Assembly (NCBI GenBank): GCA_951406725.2
Contig: OX597838.1
Coordinates: 7,192,001-7,256,000 of the forward strand
Reading direction: 5' to 3'
DNA: 64,000 bases
From: Octopus vulgaris
Lineage: Eukaryota
Positions 1 through 14,728 of the stretch are shown here, one piece after another. The first letter of the stretch is position 1. Each line of letters opens with the position of its first letter. Under the pieces are notes generated by a model. The model had not been told where the DNA came from. It was given only the letters and a program-made list of their open reading frames with translations, and did no database searches. The translations under genes were made by a program, and so were the position numbers.

Positions 1-475
1 ACCGAATTCCAAGCCTTTATTTTAGAACCAGTTCCCTTAGTCTGCAGATCTCGTGGTATTCGTTCTGTCCCTCAATTTAACAAAACCATCGACACCAACA
101 CATCTACCAGTTGTGGGAAAGTTCATTGGTGCAACCATTCTTTCGCTGATTGAGTTATAAAAATGTATATATTAATAAAAATCTTTATGAAGTCCACCAT
201 CTGCGAAACATCGATGTACGTATGGAGATTCAATTAGACTAATGTAAACGAATCCGAAAACCACACACGAACAACATCAACACCAATGTCACTTTCGACA
301 CCAACACCAACACCATCAAGGCAAACCCAACAACATTACACGCTGCTTTTTAAGTGTGCTGAGAGATGTTAAAACGAAAATCAAAGAACGCATCGAACCG
401 TCTTTTTCCATTATTCTTCTTATACATGACAGTAGCAAATAATCACCTGACCACATATCGCCTGCTACAGTGGAA

Positions 476-1635
476 ATTTTGTTGTGTAAATGTATGTGTG
501 TATTTTGTTGTGTAAATGTATGCGCGTATATTTTGTTGCGTAAATGTATGTGTGTATATTTTGTTGAGTAAATGTATGTGTGTATATTTTGTTGAGTAAA
601 TGTATGTGTGTATATTTTGTTATGTAAATGTGTGTATATTTTGTTGTGTAAATGTATGTGTATATTTTGTTGTGTAAATGTATGTGTGTATATTTTGTTG
701 AGTAAATGTATATGTGTATATTTTGTTGTGTAAATGTATGTGTGTATATTTTGTTGAGTAAATGTATGTGTGTATATTTTGTTATGTAAATGTGTGTATA
801 TTTTATTGTGTAAATGTATGTGTATATTTTGTTGAGTAAACGTATGTGTGTATATTTTGTTGCGTAAATGTATGTGTGTATATTTTGTTATGTAAATGTA
901 TGTGCGTATATTTTGTTGTGTAAATGTATGTGTGTATATTTTGTTGAGTAAATGTATGTGTGTATATTTTGTTATGTAAATGTGTGTATATTTTGTTGTG
1001 TAAATGTATGTGTATATTTTGTTGAGTAAATGTATGTGTGTATATTTTGTTGAGTAAATGTATGTGTGTATATTTTGTTGTGTAAATGTATGTGTGTATA
1101 TTTTATTGTGTAAATGTATGTGTATATTTTGTTGAGTAAACGTATGTGTGTATATTTTGTTGTGTAAATGTATGTGTGTATATTTTGTTGTGTAAATGTA
1201 TGTGTATATTTTGTTGTGTAAATGTATGTGTATATTTTGTTGTGTAAATGTATGTGTGTATATTTTGTTGTGTAAATGTATGTGTATATTTTGTTGAGTA
1301 AATGTATGTGTGTATATTTTATTGTGTAAATGTATGTGTATATTTTGTTGTGTACATGTATGTGTGTATATTTTGTTGAGTAAATGTATGTGTATATTTT
1401 GTTATGTATGTGTGTATATTTTGTTGTGTACATGTATGTGTGTATATTTTGTTGAGTAAATGTATGTGTATATTTTGTTGAGTAAATGTATGTGTATATT
1501 TTGTTGAGTAAATGTATGTGTATATTTTGTTATGTATGTGTGTATATTTTGTTGTGTACATGTATGTGTGTATATTTTGTTGTGTAAATGTGTGTACATT
1601 TTGTTGTGTAAATGTATGTGTATATATTTTGTTAG
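476..1635. repeat. Minisatellite, 26-28 bp unit (TGTAAATGTATGTGTGTATATTTTGTTG), roughly 40 copies, followed by a degenerate (TG)n tract to ~1905
   Basis: Head-to-tail units visible directly, no unique spacers. Confidence 0.95.
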
Positions 1636-2103
1636 TTGTGTGTGTGCGTTTGTGTGTTTGTGTGCGTTTGTGTGTATATGTATTTGTGTGTGTTTGCATA
1701 TGTGTGTTCGTGTGTGTGCGTGTGAGTGTATGTGTGCGTGTGGGTGTATGTGTGCGTGTATGTGTGTGCATGTGCTTGTTTGTGTGTAAGTGCGTGTGTG
1801 CGTGTGCGTGTGTGTGTGCTATGCGTGTGTGCACGTGTGAGTATGCGTGTACGTGTGTGCGTCCTTGTGTGTGTGTTTGTGCATCTGTATGTGTATGCGT
1901 GTGAATGAATGAGTGAATGAACTTCAGTTGGTGGTATTGCAGAAGTGCGAGTCTATAAAAGAGAAAATCAAGCAAACACCACGTGACTGCAGAACTTACT
2001 GCGAACGCACTTAACGTCGAAAAGTATCTTTGTGTATTTGATAAAATTATCTTGTTTCTGCGTAATAGCTCACATTTCACCCGTTCGCCATTTTGATGCC
2101 TGC

Positions 2104-2480
2104 GGAGGCGCAATGGCCCACTGCTTAGGGCCAGTTGACTCGCGGTCATTGGATCGCGGTTTCGATTCCCAGTCCGGACGTTGTGAATATTTATTGAGCG
2201 AAAAGACTTAGAAGCTCCGGCAGGGGTTGGTGGCGAACCCTGCTGTACGCTTTCAGCACAACTTTCTGTCATTCTCTTTTCCTGTTTTTGTTGCACAAAT
2301 ATTTTGTTGCACAAAGGTTCAGCCTTGTCACACTCTGTGTCATGCTGAATCTCCCCGAGAACAACGTTAAGGGTACACGTGTCTGTGGAGTGCTCAGCCA
2401 CTTGCACCTTAATTTCACGAGCAGGCTGTTTCGTTGATTGAATCAATTGGGACCCTCGTCGTTGTAACCGACGGAGGGTT
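2104..2480 (+). mobile_element. tRNA-derived SINE, family B
   Basis: Head GGAGGCGCAATGGCCCACTGCTTAGG (A box-like) and GGTTTCGATTCCC (B box); homologous heads at 24200, 37976, 63500; tail shared with 56262. Confidence 0.85.
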
Positions 2481-2835
2481 GTAACAAAACATAACTTTCA
2501 ATGTCTGTTTCTCTCAGCACATGCTAGGTATGATGTTGGTGGATCTCCATCGATTATCGACGAGGATTCAATAGTCTAAATTTCCTGCGATGTTTGACAT
2601 TGCATTATGATGATGAACTGCCAACATCATTATCTCACAGGACAGAATGCTTTGTAACATTTCATGCGAATTTTATCTTCTGAGCTCCTATTCCATCGAG
2701 ATCATCTTTGCCTTTGTAGTTCCTGGTACGTTTAATGTAGATGAATGAATTATATATGCTGTATATCCTTTAACTTTACAAAAACATAACAACTGAGATA
2801 TTTTACACTAACCATTTGTTATTTCATCATTGCAG

Positions 2836-3143
2836 GGGTCCAAATTCGATTCGCGCGTGATTGTACACCGTCTTATTACGAAGAGAATTGTGTGGTAAAA
2901 AATATTACAGCAACAAAAAGAAAAAATGTATGTTTTCGCACATGCAGTCAGGATGGCTGCAACAGTGAACCTTTGGTAACACGATCAGCGTCTTCGAAAA
3001 CAAATCCGCCGAGCAAGTTCCTAATGCTAATGAGTACGATGGTGATGATGATGATAATACCGATAATGAATATGGTAACACATTTCGTGCCTCTAAATAT
3101 CATCAACTTTTCTATATGGAATATTGATAACATTAAACAATGA
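2836..3143 (+). CDS. Terminal coding exon of a Ly6/uPAR three-finger (quiver/sleepless-like) protein, probably GPI-anchored
   Basis: Pyrimidine-rich acceptor ending TTGCAG at 2835 (phase 1); frame reads VQIRFARDCTPSYYEENCVVKNITATKRKNVCFRTCSQDGCNSEP, with C-x3-C-x2-DGCN ending typical of LU domains, then a Ser-rich linker and hydrophobic tail; AATAAA at ~3148 and ~4159. Confidence 0.75.
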
Positions 3144-3420
3144 AAATGAATAAATATTTTATAAAAAGCGAGAGCAACAACAAATATTAAAAGAAATATG
3201 AAGAGAATACGAGGAAACCAAGAACAACAAGGACTTACGTGTTTTTACGAGAGGACGAAGAAAATATAATTATTTGAAAAACAATAATCAAAAATTCAAT
3301 TAAAATCTTTTTTTTTTTTTTCATTTTTTTTTTCTATTATCAAATCTGGATTCTCACTGACAATAATGTAACCAAAACATTTAAACTTTCAGGACAGAAA
3401 TTCAAAACGAAAACGCTAAA

Positions 3421-3486
<66 letters not shown>

Positions 3487-4015
3487 GAGTGAGAGAGCAG
3501 AGCATGCCATCTAAGTGACACTGGGATACAAATATACGAAGCCCAATATAAAAATGACGATTACCCGTCTGATAAGGGTACACCAAGCACATGCATCACA
3601 ACCGTATGTACGCGACATGGTGATCTCATGTCAAAATAAACAGCGCATGACCTTGTAGGTGGCGCCCTATTAGAATTTCCTTCAGGTCAAGTAGCCCATC
3701 TTGCTCAAAAGACCCTGAATAAGGTTAGTTTCTGGATGTCGAACGAATCACCCATGTTTGCAGATGTGAATTATTCAAAGCCCAAAGAATTCCTCTCGAC
3801 AAATGGCTATGATGCTTCTCCACTACTTCTGCTCGTGGCCAGAGATGCACATATTGTTAGCCACTAAAGGATGTGCTCGACCTGTTAATCTCAAGCCTCT
3901 GACAAACAAATCTGTGGAATTGAGCAGAATATTTGTTGTAGACCATCTTTTGTACAAAGACAAAATAATGTATATGACAACACTTTCAATCAACTAAGAT
4001 CAGAAGCCACGCGAC
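3487..4015 (-). mobile_element. Dispersed repeat attached to (ATT)n, probably the 3' region of a non-LTR retrotransposon
   Basis: Second copy at 57059-57335 starting at the same GAGTGAGAGAGCAG next to (ATT)n; class and strand inferred from the simple-repeat tail. Confidence 0.55.
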
Positions 4016-4040
4016 CCAGTTCCCATAATTCTAACTGGGC

Positions 4041-4078
<38 letters not shown>

Positions 4079-4787
4079 GTTCACACACTCACACACTCAA
4101 ACACGGACACACTCACATATATAGACACGTTTATAATGAGAGTAAAACACATCAAAGGAATAAAATAAAAGATTTATTAAATAAAACCACGTTAAATATT
4201 AATTGGATGATAAACGAAAATAAATACTGCATAATTATGCTAATTACAATAATGGTAATAATGATGTTAACAATAAAAGAATACTGATAAAAATAACAAT
4301 AATAATTACTATTACAATTATAATAATGAATATATTAATAATAATAATTGTTTCTGATTTGGGAAATATATAACACTGCAAACATTAAATAAAACAGAAG
4401 TAAAGCTGGAGACACTATTGGTAGATGTGTGAAGCTGTCGAAAAAAAGGTGGTCGAACGAAATATTTGTAAATTCGTAAATGAAATCCCACATCTCATAC
4501 AGATTTATTACATGCAGGGCATAATACTGTACAGTACTGTTTGTGTATTATGTAGAATACTTAAGGCATTATTATAGAAAGACAGACAGACAGAGGCCTA
4601 CAAACTCATGCACAGACACAGGACAAAATCGCAGCGCTTCACGTAACACACACCAGAGAGATGGGCTCATTTGTGCGATGAAAATTATTTCCCAGTATGT
4701 CGCAAGCAGAAATAATCATGCTAACCACAACTGCATATGACAAGAGAATTAAATATATATACACATATATGCATATATATGTATATA

Positions 4788-4881
<94 letters not shown>

Positions 4882-4936
4882 ACATATATATATATATATA
4901 TATACATATATATACGTATATATATAGTGTATATAT

Positions 4937-4997
<61 letters not shown>

Positions 4998-5399
4998 GCA
5001 AATATATATATATATATGCATATGCATATAAGTATATATACATAAGTGTATATGTATATATATATATTCATTATATTCTTGTCGTCAAAAAGTTTTATAA
5101 AATTTCGAAAAGACGTAAAAATATATTTTTTGGAACGACGCAACTCGAAGCTATTATAATAGCGAAACAATTGCATGAGGATATCGAGTTCAAAATCCCT
5201 TTTAAATAGAAATAGTCGATGGCTAATCCTGGGTCTCCAGCTCATATCGCCATTGGACTTTTCTATTCTATATTTCCATGTTATTATCTATATATTATTT
5301 ATATATTTTTGACCTAAAGACCCATAGTTACTCCTATACACAAACACGCTTCAAGCATGCTCATACATATGTACATAAACATACAAAAACACACATACT

Positions 5400-5517
<118 letters not shown>

Positions 5518-5787
5518 TAAATATATATTTATATATATGTAAGTATGTATGAAGGTATGTATGAAAGTATGTACCTGTGAATGCAAGCATGTCTATATGT
5601 ATGTATGTATGTATGTATATATGTATGTATAAATGTGCATATATATTAACGCTCTATAACATTAAACAATGGTATAAAAACACACGGTATTTAGGCGCAA
5701 ACATCAGGAAATCACAATAAAAATAAGTATAAGCTAACCCTACAGAGATATCTATCACACGTCTATTGGACGTTACATAACTTCTGT

Positions 5788-5831
<44 letters not shown>

Positions 5832-5872
5832 GGAGATACATGCCGTTGTAGGTATGCGCATATATATATATG

Positions 5873-5927
<55 letters not shown>

Positions 5928-6151
5928 GAAGCTATATATATATATATATATATATATCAGGTATGCACACACATACAAACATATATATATACATACATAT
6001 ATATATATATATACACTTATGTATGCATGTTGGTACACGTTTATGTATACATATACTTCTATTTTAGCAGCTATTAACCCGGTACTAGGCACGAAGCCCC
6101 TTCGATATTTTTAATTTTTTGTGTTCTTGTCTTTGTTACATATAAAAGAAT

Positions 6152-6235
<84 letters not shown>

Positions 6236-6491
6236 GTATACATACATATATTTATAGTAATAATAATATGAGGGACTATTATTCCAGACTTACAGGGAAA
6301 AGTTCAATTTAGAAATACTAAAATAACTTTCACAAAATATAATATATATATAAATTAGAAAAGAAAACCTTTTATCAATTCAATAATGAAAAATTAAATT
6401 ATACCATTTAGAAAAATTACATATTATAGAAAGATTAAATATAAGATAAAACATATAACAATGATTAAGTAATGTGCAAAATAATAAATAA

Positions 6492-6541
<50 letters not shown>

Positions 6542-7421
6542 TACATCTATTTATATATATATGCGTGTATATATATATATATATATATACACGCATATAT
6601 ATATAAATAGATGTATGCATGTATAGAGTGAGACATATTGATATATATAAAGATATATACAAACAAAAATTCACACGTAGATACCCAAATATATATGTGA
6701 AGATAGAAAGGAAATGTATTTTAAGAAAATGTCAATAGTTGGTTTTAAGAATTTATTAAGTCACAAATATGAATTTTAAACAAACATTGATCAATGACGG
6801 AGAAGTTTCATCTCCTAATAGCCATGTATGACATTTTATCTGTATGGCTATCTATCCGTGGCTGGGTGTAGGCATGTACTTATATACGGATAAACAGCAT
6901 CATGAATACAGAAATATAGATATGAGTGGCGAAGATATGTATGCGTGTAAAAGTATATTAGTTCTGCATTTATATTCATTTATGCGCATGTGTTGAAATT
7001 CTGTCGGCTGAATATGAAATTTCTTAGAAATAAAATTATTAATTCCCATAAATATGCTAAATCCATCTCAAAAAATATTTTGACAAAAGTATAGTTTAGA
7101 GAAAGCAAAGATAGTTAAATTTGGACTAGAAAATAGGTTCCTTGACAGACAGTAATTTTAATAAGTAGTATCTACTATTTAAAGACATGGATTTCGGGTG
7201 AATTTTTGCTTCAAACTTACATGAATATATATTTACACTCAATAATGTTATACATAGTCAGAAAAAAAAGAAACAAACTCGAAAACAAGCATGTATTTTG
7301 CACGAAGTAGCACTCACTATAATGTATATGTGTGCAAGTATATATATATATATCTGTGGGTGTGTGCGTGTGTATTCATATATAACTATATATATGTATA
7401 TATACATACATGCATACATAC

Positions 7422-7476
<55 letters not shown>

Positions 7477-7489
7477 CATGCATACATAC

Positions 7490-7559
<70 letters not shown>

Positions 7560-7647
7560 GCATATATTTATATATATATATGATCATTACTACATAATTA
7601 ATTTCAGCTAATGCCTCGCTGGACAACCGCCTTATACATGAATGTGC

Positions 7648-7690
<43 letters not shown>

Positions 7691-7695
7691 TATAC

Positions 7696-7741
<46 letters not shown>

Positions 7742-7804
7742 ATATATATGTGTATGTGTGTGTGTATTATAATATATAAGCATATCTTTCTTTATACATA
7801 TATA

Positions 7805-7838
<34 letters not shown>

Positions 7839-7845
7839 TGTATAT

Positions 7846-7898
<53 letters not shown>

Positions 7899-8509
7899 TA
7901 CATTAATCCCAAGATACATACGGTGCCCTTATGTTCAGAGCATAACTAACGATGAATCATTTTTAACCGAAGACTTCAAGTAAGATTACGAGATACGAGA
8001 TAAAAAACCTAAAACTATGCTGAATCGGGTGAATAATGATTGTTTCGATACATGATCAATGAATGCCTCTATCGATATATTCCTATCAAATATGGATTGT
8101 ATTTTTATTTTTCAAATGTTTTCTTTTTCTGGTTTTCTTTTTTTTCTAATTCTGCTTCCATTTCTGTTTTTGTTACTTTCGAATTCTATTGCTCACAATT
8201 GAATCGCATATTAAAATGAAATATACGCATATGTTTACGTACATATGTAGATATATCTATATATATGCGTGTGTGTGTGAGTGTGCTTGTGTGTATGTGC
8301 AAACATTTGTGTATAGATATGTATGTATATGTATATATAAACATATATGTATATATTTATGTATACATACATATACATATATCATGTGCATATGTATATA
8401 TATATACATATATATATAAACATATTTGTAGATATACGTACATATAATGTATATATGTGTATGTACATTCATATGTATATGTATATATGTATATATATGT
8501 ATATATGTA

Positions 8510-8563
<54 letters not shown>

Positions 8564-9132
8564 GTACCTGTATGTATGTATGTATGTATGTATCATTTGC
8601 GATGGTGTCTTAAGGCAGTTTCGATAATCAATTCTTAAATGGCATCCGCCAAATATAATAATTATTCTAAAGAACAAAAGAACACATTCTCTTTTAACAA
8701 TGTATGTTAGTTGTATTACTGTATTTCTATTTCATGTGTTAAATAAAGGGAAAATTCTGTAATACATTATTATTTCCGAAAATTTGATTGTATGAGCTTT
8801 ACAGATTTATGAAAATATGTACACAATGACATGAATAGTAAGCGTGAATTAGAATTGAAACAAAATGAAGCAGTATATATTATGATCTCGCTATGCTTAG
8901 GTGTATACACACATACGCACAGAGTGATGTGTATGTGTATAGGGGCTTCCATACAGCAATCAAAGTATTTGCATATATGTACATACATACCTACACACAA
9001 ACAAATATCCTCACACACTCTCACTCTCAACACACATACACACACCCATATATATACATATATATACATATATAGATGCATACGTAAGTTCACAAAGACA
9101 CGATTGAGTGGGATTGTTTCTCTGTATGTACG

Positions 9133-9173
<41 letters not shown>

Positions 9174-9459
9174 GTATGTATATGTAATAAACATATTTAT
9201 ATGTACCTTGATAAAGAGATGTGATCACGCATGTGCTGGTGCAATGCATATGCTATACATCTATGTGTACATTCATATGTATATGCTTATGTATATGAAT
9301 GTGCATATATATGTATTTATATAATTTGTATGTATATATATATATATATATATATGAATGTATATAGATTGGATTTCTTAGGAATCTAAGAAAAGCCTTT
9401 CATCCACACACACACACACACATGCACACAGAAAAGCACACAAATATATATATACATAC

Positions 9460-9521
<62 letters not shown>

Positions 9522-9569
9522 ATATATATGTTGCTTTTTATTTATATATATCTTTTGTATGTGGTTCTT

Positions 9570-9732
9570 CTCCACCAGCGCTTAACAACCAGTGTTGGTG
9601 TGTTTAGTTGATCGTAAGCAAGCGGTTCGACAAAAGAAAACCGATTGAGTAAATACCAGGCTTACAAAAGTATTGATTTATTCAACAAAAAATTCTCAAA
9701 AGCCGCAGTCCAATGACACAAACAAGTAAAAG
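9570..9732 (+). mobile_element. Degenerate 3' half of SINE family A
   Basis: AGCGGTTCG...GCCGCAGTC...AACAAGTAAAAG matches the tail of the 36571 copy. Confidence 0.7.
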
Positions 9733-9780
<48 letters not shown>

Positions 9781-9826
9781 TATATACATACATATACATA
9801 TATCCATATATACATACATATACAGA

Positions 9827-10428
9827 TTGGGACTTAGAACTTTTAGAACAAGAGACCAGGAAACCATGATGGTCCTCTGGCGGACACTTGTCCTGAGCCA
9901 CTTTGATTATTGCTCTCAGCTATGGTCACCAAGGAGTGTCGAATTAATCTCAGAACTTGAAGCAAACCATCGAAGCTACACGAAACAATAGCCTCTATGC
10001 AGCATATAAGCTATTGGGAAAGACTCAAGAGATTCAGACTTTATTCCTTAGAGCTTAGGCGAGAAATATATGCCGTAATATACATCTCTAAGATCCTGGA
10101 AGGATTTGTCCAAAACTTTGGCATCGAGAGTTACACAAATACTAGAACTGGGTGCCACTGCATAGTGCCAAGGACTCCAAATTTGCCATCAATATGTAGG
10201 ACAAGATACTGTGATAGCCTGGGCTTCAGAGGTACACAGCTCTTCAATATCTTCCCGAAGGACCTGAGAGACCTGCATGGGGTGGATGTAGGTGTCTTCA
10301 AAATAAAGCTGGACCTCTTCCAGTCAGGTGTCCCAGATGAACCAACTTCGCGGCAGAAGGTGCAGATGAGGGCAGCTGCATCAAAATCTCTCATGCAAAA
10401 AATGTCAATTCCAAAAAGGCATTCGTGA
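9827..10428 (+). pseudogene. CR1/L2-group LINE ORF2 C-terminal fragment, frameshifted
   Basis: RTFRTRD..LWRTLVLSHFDYCSQLWSP..ELE and SYWERLKRFRLYSLELRRE..QLFNIFPKDLR are post-RT motifs of this group; frame break near 9991. Confidence 0.85.
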
Positions 10429-10748
10429 AGTAAGATTATGTAGCAACACCAAATGGCGGTGCCCCAGCTGAAACTAGATAAAATAATAAATATATAAATA
10501 ATACATATATCATATATATACGCATATAAGTGTTTTTTCACTGGTGAACTAACCCAAAATGTTCGCTTGGTGAGTGCTGTAACGGGTTACCAGGGCTCCA
10601 ACCTCGTAGCCGAGGCATGATCTATGGAACTATTTTAGGTTTCCGATATATATAGCTGATATATATATTTGTGAAAGAGGACAACAAACGCCAAGGCATA
10701 CACATTAGTATTCTGAAATCAGTTGAGCTCTTGCAACTGTTTCTGTGA

Positions 10749-10804
10749 TATCTCAAGTGATAGGCGTATATTTCTGAATATCGGGTATTCTTTCATCAGA
10801 GACA
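10749..10804 (-). ncRNA. Hammerhead ribozyme-like motif (type I variant)
   Basis: Minus strand: ugucu CUGAUGA aa GAAUA cccga UAUUC a GAAA UA uacgcc UA UC acuug agaua. Confidence 0.5.
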
Positions 10805-11384
10805 AATAAAGAAAATATGAAGGTTCCAGACATGGAAGTAATCAGATAAAATATCTAGCTGTGGAAAATTCACAGATATTAAGCAAGGAAATAAGAGTAG
10901 AGATTAAGGAAATAAAGAAATAAAATCCACAGTTCATTTTTCGGTGGGTTTGGGTGTTAGTCTGTATGTTTTTTGGTAAAATTCTAGTGTGATTAGTATT
11001 TTCACAGCATAAATTATCCAGGCAATATCTCGGCTGACACGGGAATGGTGTGTTCATATTGAGGTGGTTGTTTTGTGAGAGAATGACACTAGAAGTGGCT
11101 CCTGAGCAAAATGAAGGGAGAAGGAATCAGAGAAAGAAAGAGAAAGAAAGGGAAAGAAAGGCTAATGAGGAGATAGAGGGAAGTTGTTGTAGGGTAGTGT
11201 TTGGGGATAGAGAGAGGAGGAAGAAGGTAAGTGACAGGGCATTAGCGAGGATTGGCCATCGGGAATGGTAAGAATAATAAAATAAGGAAAGGATTATAAA
11301 AATATTAAAAAAAAAAATAAAAAAGTAAAAAATAAAAAGGTATATGTACACACAAACGTACATGCATACATATATATATATGTG

Positions 11385-11433
<49 letters not shown>

Positions 11434-12487
11434 AATATAGATAACCACATTCATGAGTTTATTAATATTTGGCGGTATATTCTCAACATCATTAAGAACT
11501 GTCTCTTATTGTATATCATTTCTCTTCCAGTCTTGGTGGAAATACCCAGAATAACAACCGCTACGTATATTCCAGTGCCTTTTATTTTCATTGTTTCCTC
11601 ATATTCTGTTATGTTCTAATGTTTATTCCTACGACCGTTTCGAAACCTCCGCTCTCTAGCATTGGCAAACGACAATCCAGATATACGCAGCTGTTCCTCA
11701 AGGAAGTTCATTGTATTCAGTTCCTGCTGTCTGTATAGACGAAAGCCCACCCGTGTTGCCCTTCAAGTCTCATATCCAAAGTCATTTATTTAAAGGCAGC
11801 TGCCTCTAATATATCCGTACTCTAAATCAACGATAATTAAGATGCGGGCACGCACCACCGATCCACTCCAACGGAAGCTAATACCATAAAACACAGTATA
11901 TTTTAACACAGTATACAGTAACCTGCCATCAAAAGTGTCCCAGCACCTAACTGGCATGCAAGATGTGGCAACAGATCTAAAGAAAAAAATTTTCAGCATT
12001 ATGACCACGTGTCTGAGTTGTCCACCAGAGACCTAAAACCTAGAAACGATATCAAATTTGTCTCTAACCTCTCAGCATTTCCCTTATATCTGATGAGATG
12101 AACGCCGTTTGGTGTCACAGGCATATAGTCATATGGAAATTATAACGTTGTTATTATTCAAAATGTCGGAAGTCCAAAACGTCGCTTTTCCAGAGAACGA
12201 AAATATAGTTTCACCATTTCATTTCTTTTTACATTAGTAAAAGTTTCAGATTAACAGTAATGCTTACTTGGCCGCATGAAAAAAAAAAATTAACACCATG
12301 CATGTATGATATTTTCAGTCAGAATGCTAAACCGTTGTACTACACTTTGACAATCTTCATCTGAAGCAGGTAGAGATAAAATAGTTTGACCAAAAGAAGC
12401 GGCTATTGTAAGCAAAATTAAATATTGAAAAGAACGCATCTGGCCACATTTGGACTTACGACAGTTTAGTTTAACATAATGTCAGCG

Positions 12488-12583
<96 letters not shown>

Positions 12584-12588
12584 GTATA

Positions 12589-12635
<47 letters not shown>

Positions 12636-12911
12636 ATATATATGTGGTATATATAGATATATATATATATAAGTAGCATATGCAAATACTGAAATGACAA
12701 TTGCTTATATCTATATGTATATAATATATATTATGCGCATTTTAAATATATTTTGTTTTCCAATTAATAACATAACACATGCATACACGTACAGACATAA
12801 ATACACATATTCATGCGTACACTCGTATACATATCTATCTATCTATCTGTCTATCTATCTCTGAATATATATATATATATACACATATATATGTATATAT
12901 ATATATATATA

Positions 12912-12984
<73 letters not shown>

Positions 12985-13028
12985 AGATGTGTGTATATAT
13001 AAATGTACATATATATGTATAGATATAG

Positions 13029-13062
<34 letters not shown>

Positions 13063-13654
13063 AGTTATACTTACATATATATATATATATTTATACATAC
13101 ACATATATACACACACGCACACACATATTTATAGACATCTGCTTTCTTCATATATGTTCCGGTGTAAAATAACTAGTTCACATCTTCATTACATTTATCC
13201 TTTCTTTTCCTATTATTGAAGAAATTAAAAATTAAAAAAGTATGATATATCTTTAACCATACAAAACTCTTTCACTTACTCTTTCAAGTCGTTTTATGTT
13301 TTTCTTTCAATTTTCGGGTATCTCCATAAAAGGATGCTTATATTTCGAAAAGAAACACAGGAAACGTGTCAACAGCAGCAAGAACAGCAACAACAACATC
13401 AGCAACAACAATAATACCCAGAAGAGTTTAAGGGGTTGAAAATGATCTATAAATAAGTTGTTATTAAATTATAAAATGTTGTAAAGTGCTAATAACACTA
13501 CAAAATATAATCATATGTGGTTTTACCATGTGACTTGAAATTAGATGTCTATCAAGCGATTTTATCAACACCATGTAAGTAAGCACTAAAAAAGAATGTG
13601 ACTCTTATCAAATGAACGATATTTCGACATCTCTTGTGTCTTTATAATAGTAAT

Positions 13655-14260
13655 AGTAATAAACAAATAGAAGTAGTGAGACATGGCTATGGTTACAAAA
13701 AGTAACACTTAAAAGGGAGACAGAAAATTTCTTAGTAGCAGCACAACATCAAGCATTATGGACGAATTAGTTAAAAGCCAAGATAGACAAAAACCGAGTA
13801 GATTACCAATATATATTATGGAAATCAAAAGAGGAAGCTTTTACTCATATAGTAAGTGGATGTAACATGCTGGCACAAGAATACAAGATATGAGAACCTG
13901 GGGTGAGTAATCCATTGGGAGCTTTGTAGAAAGCTAGGATTTGAACATATTAAAAAATGGTATGAATATGAACTTAGTCAAGTAAAGGAAAGTAAGAAAT
14001 ACAAGATGTTGAGGGACTTTAACATTCAGAATGACAGAGTAATAGAAGCTAGAAGGCCTGATTTAGTAGTAATAGATAAAGAGAATAGAAAATGCCAGAT
14101 AATTGAATTTATAGTCCCAAATGATGAGAAAATCAATATGAGAGGTATAGAAAAAATAGCGAAGAACTAGCACCCAGCCACTGAATTACAAAGACTATGA
14201 AAAGTGCTGGGAAAATCTATCCCAGTAGTTATAGGTTTATTGAGAACTATCCCTAAATAT
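13655..14260 (+). pseudogene. R4/Dong-like (restriction-like endonuclease) LINE C-terminal fragment
   Basis: IHWELCRKLGFEHIKKWYEYE..DFNIQNDRVIEARRPDLVVIDKENRKCQIIEFIVP; paralogous to 21040-21482; stops and frameshifts. Confidence 0.8.
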
Positions 14261-14292
14261 ACACAAAGAAATACACATAGATAATACATACG

Positions 14293-14348
<56 letters not shown>

Positions 14349-14351
14349 CGC

Positions 14352-14728
14352 TTTTTACTCTTACTCTTTTACTCTTTTACTTGTTTCAGTCATTTGACTG
14401 CGGCCATGCTGGAGCACCGCCTTTAATCGAGCAATTCGATCCCGGGACTTATTCTTTTGTAAGCCCAGTACTTATTGCCGAACCGCTAAGTAACGGGGAC
14501 ATAAACACACCAGCATCGGTTGTCAAGCAATGCTAGGGGGACAAACACAAACACACACACACACACACATATATATATACATATATACGACGGGCTTCTT
14601 TCAGTTTCCGTCTACCAAATCCACTCACAGGGCTTTGGTCGGCCCGAGGCTATAGTAGAAGACACTTGCCCAAGGTGTCACGCAGTGGGACTGAACCCGG
14701 AACCATGTGGTTGGTAAACAAGCTACTT
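14352..14728 (-). mobile_element. SINE family A, 3' portion, interrupted by the ORF1-only element; its 5' tip lies at 16934-16964
   Basis: Reverse complement of the 36571 copy; sequence resumes after the insertion at AAGCTACTTACCACACAGCCACTCCTGCGCC. Confidence 0.9.

Noticed and set aside
476-1635. CRISPR-like periodicity and long ORFs (972-1433, 1319-2446)
   Set aside because: Contiguous tandem units without unique spacers, eukaryotic context; ORFs are translations of the repeat and a SINE
13605-13650. Minus-strand GACA-loop-TGTC-GAAA resembling a hammerhead half
   Set aside because: No CUGANGA core; at best a decayed remnant
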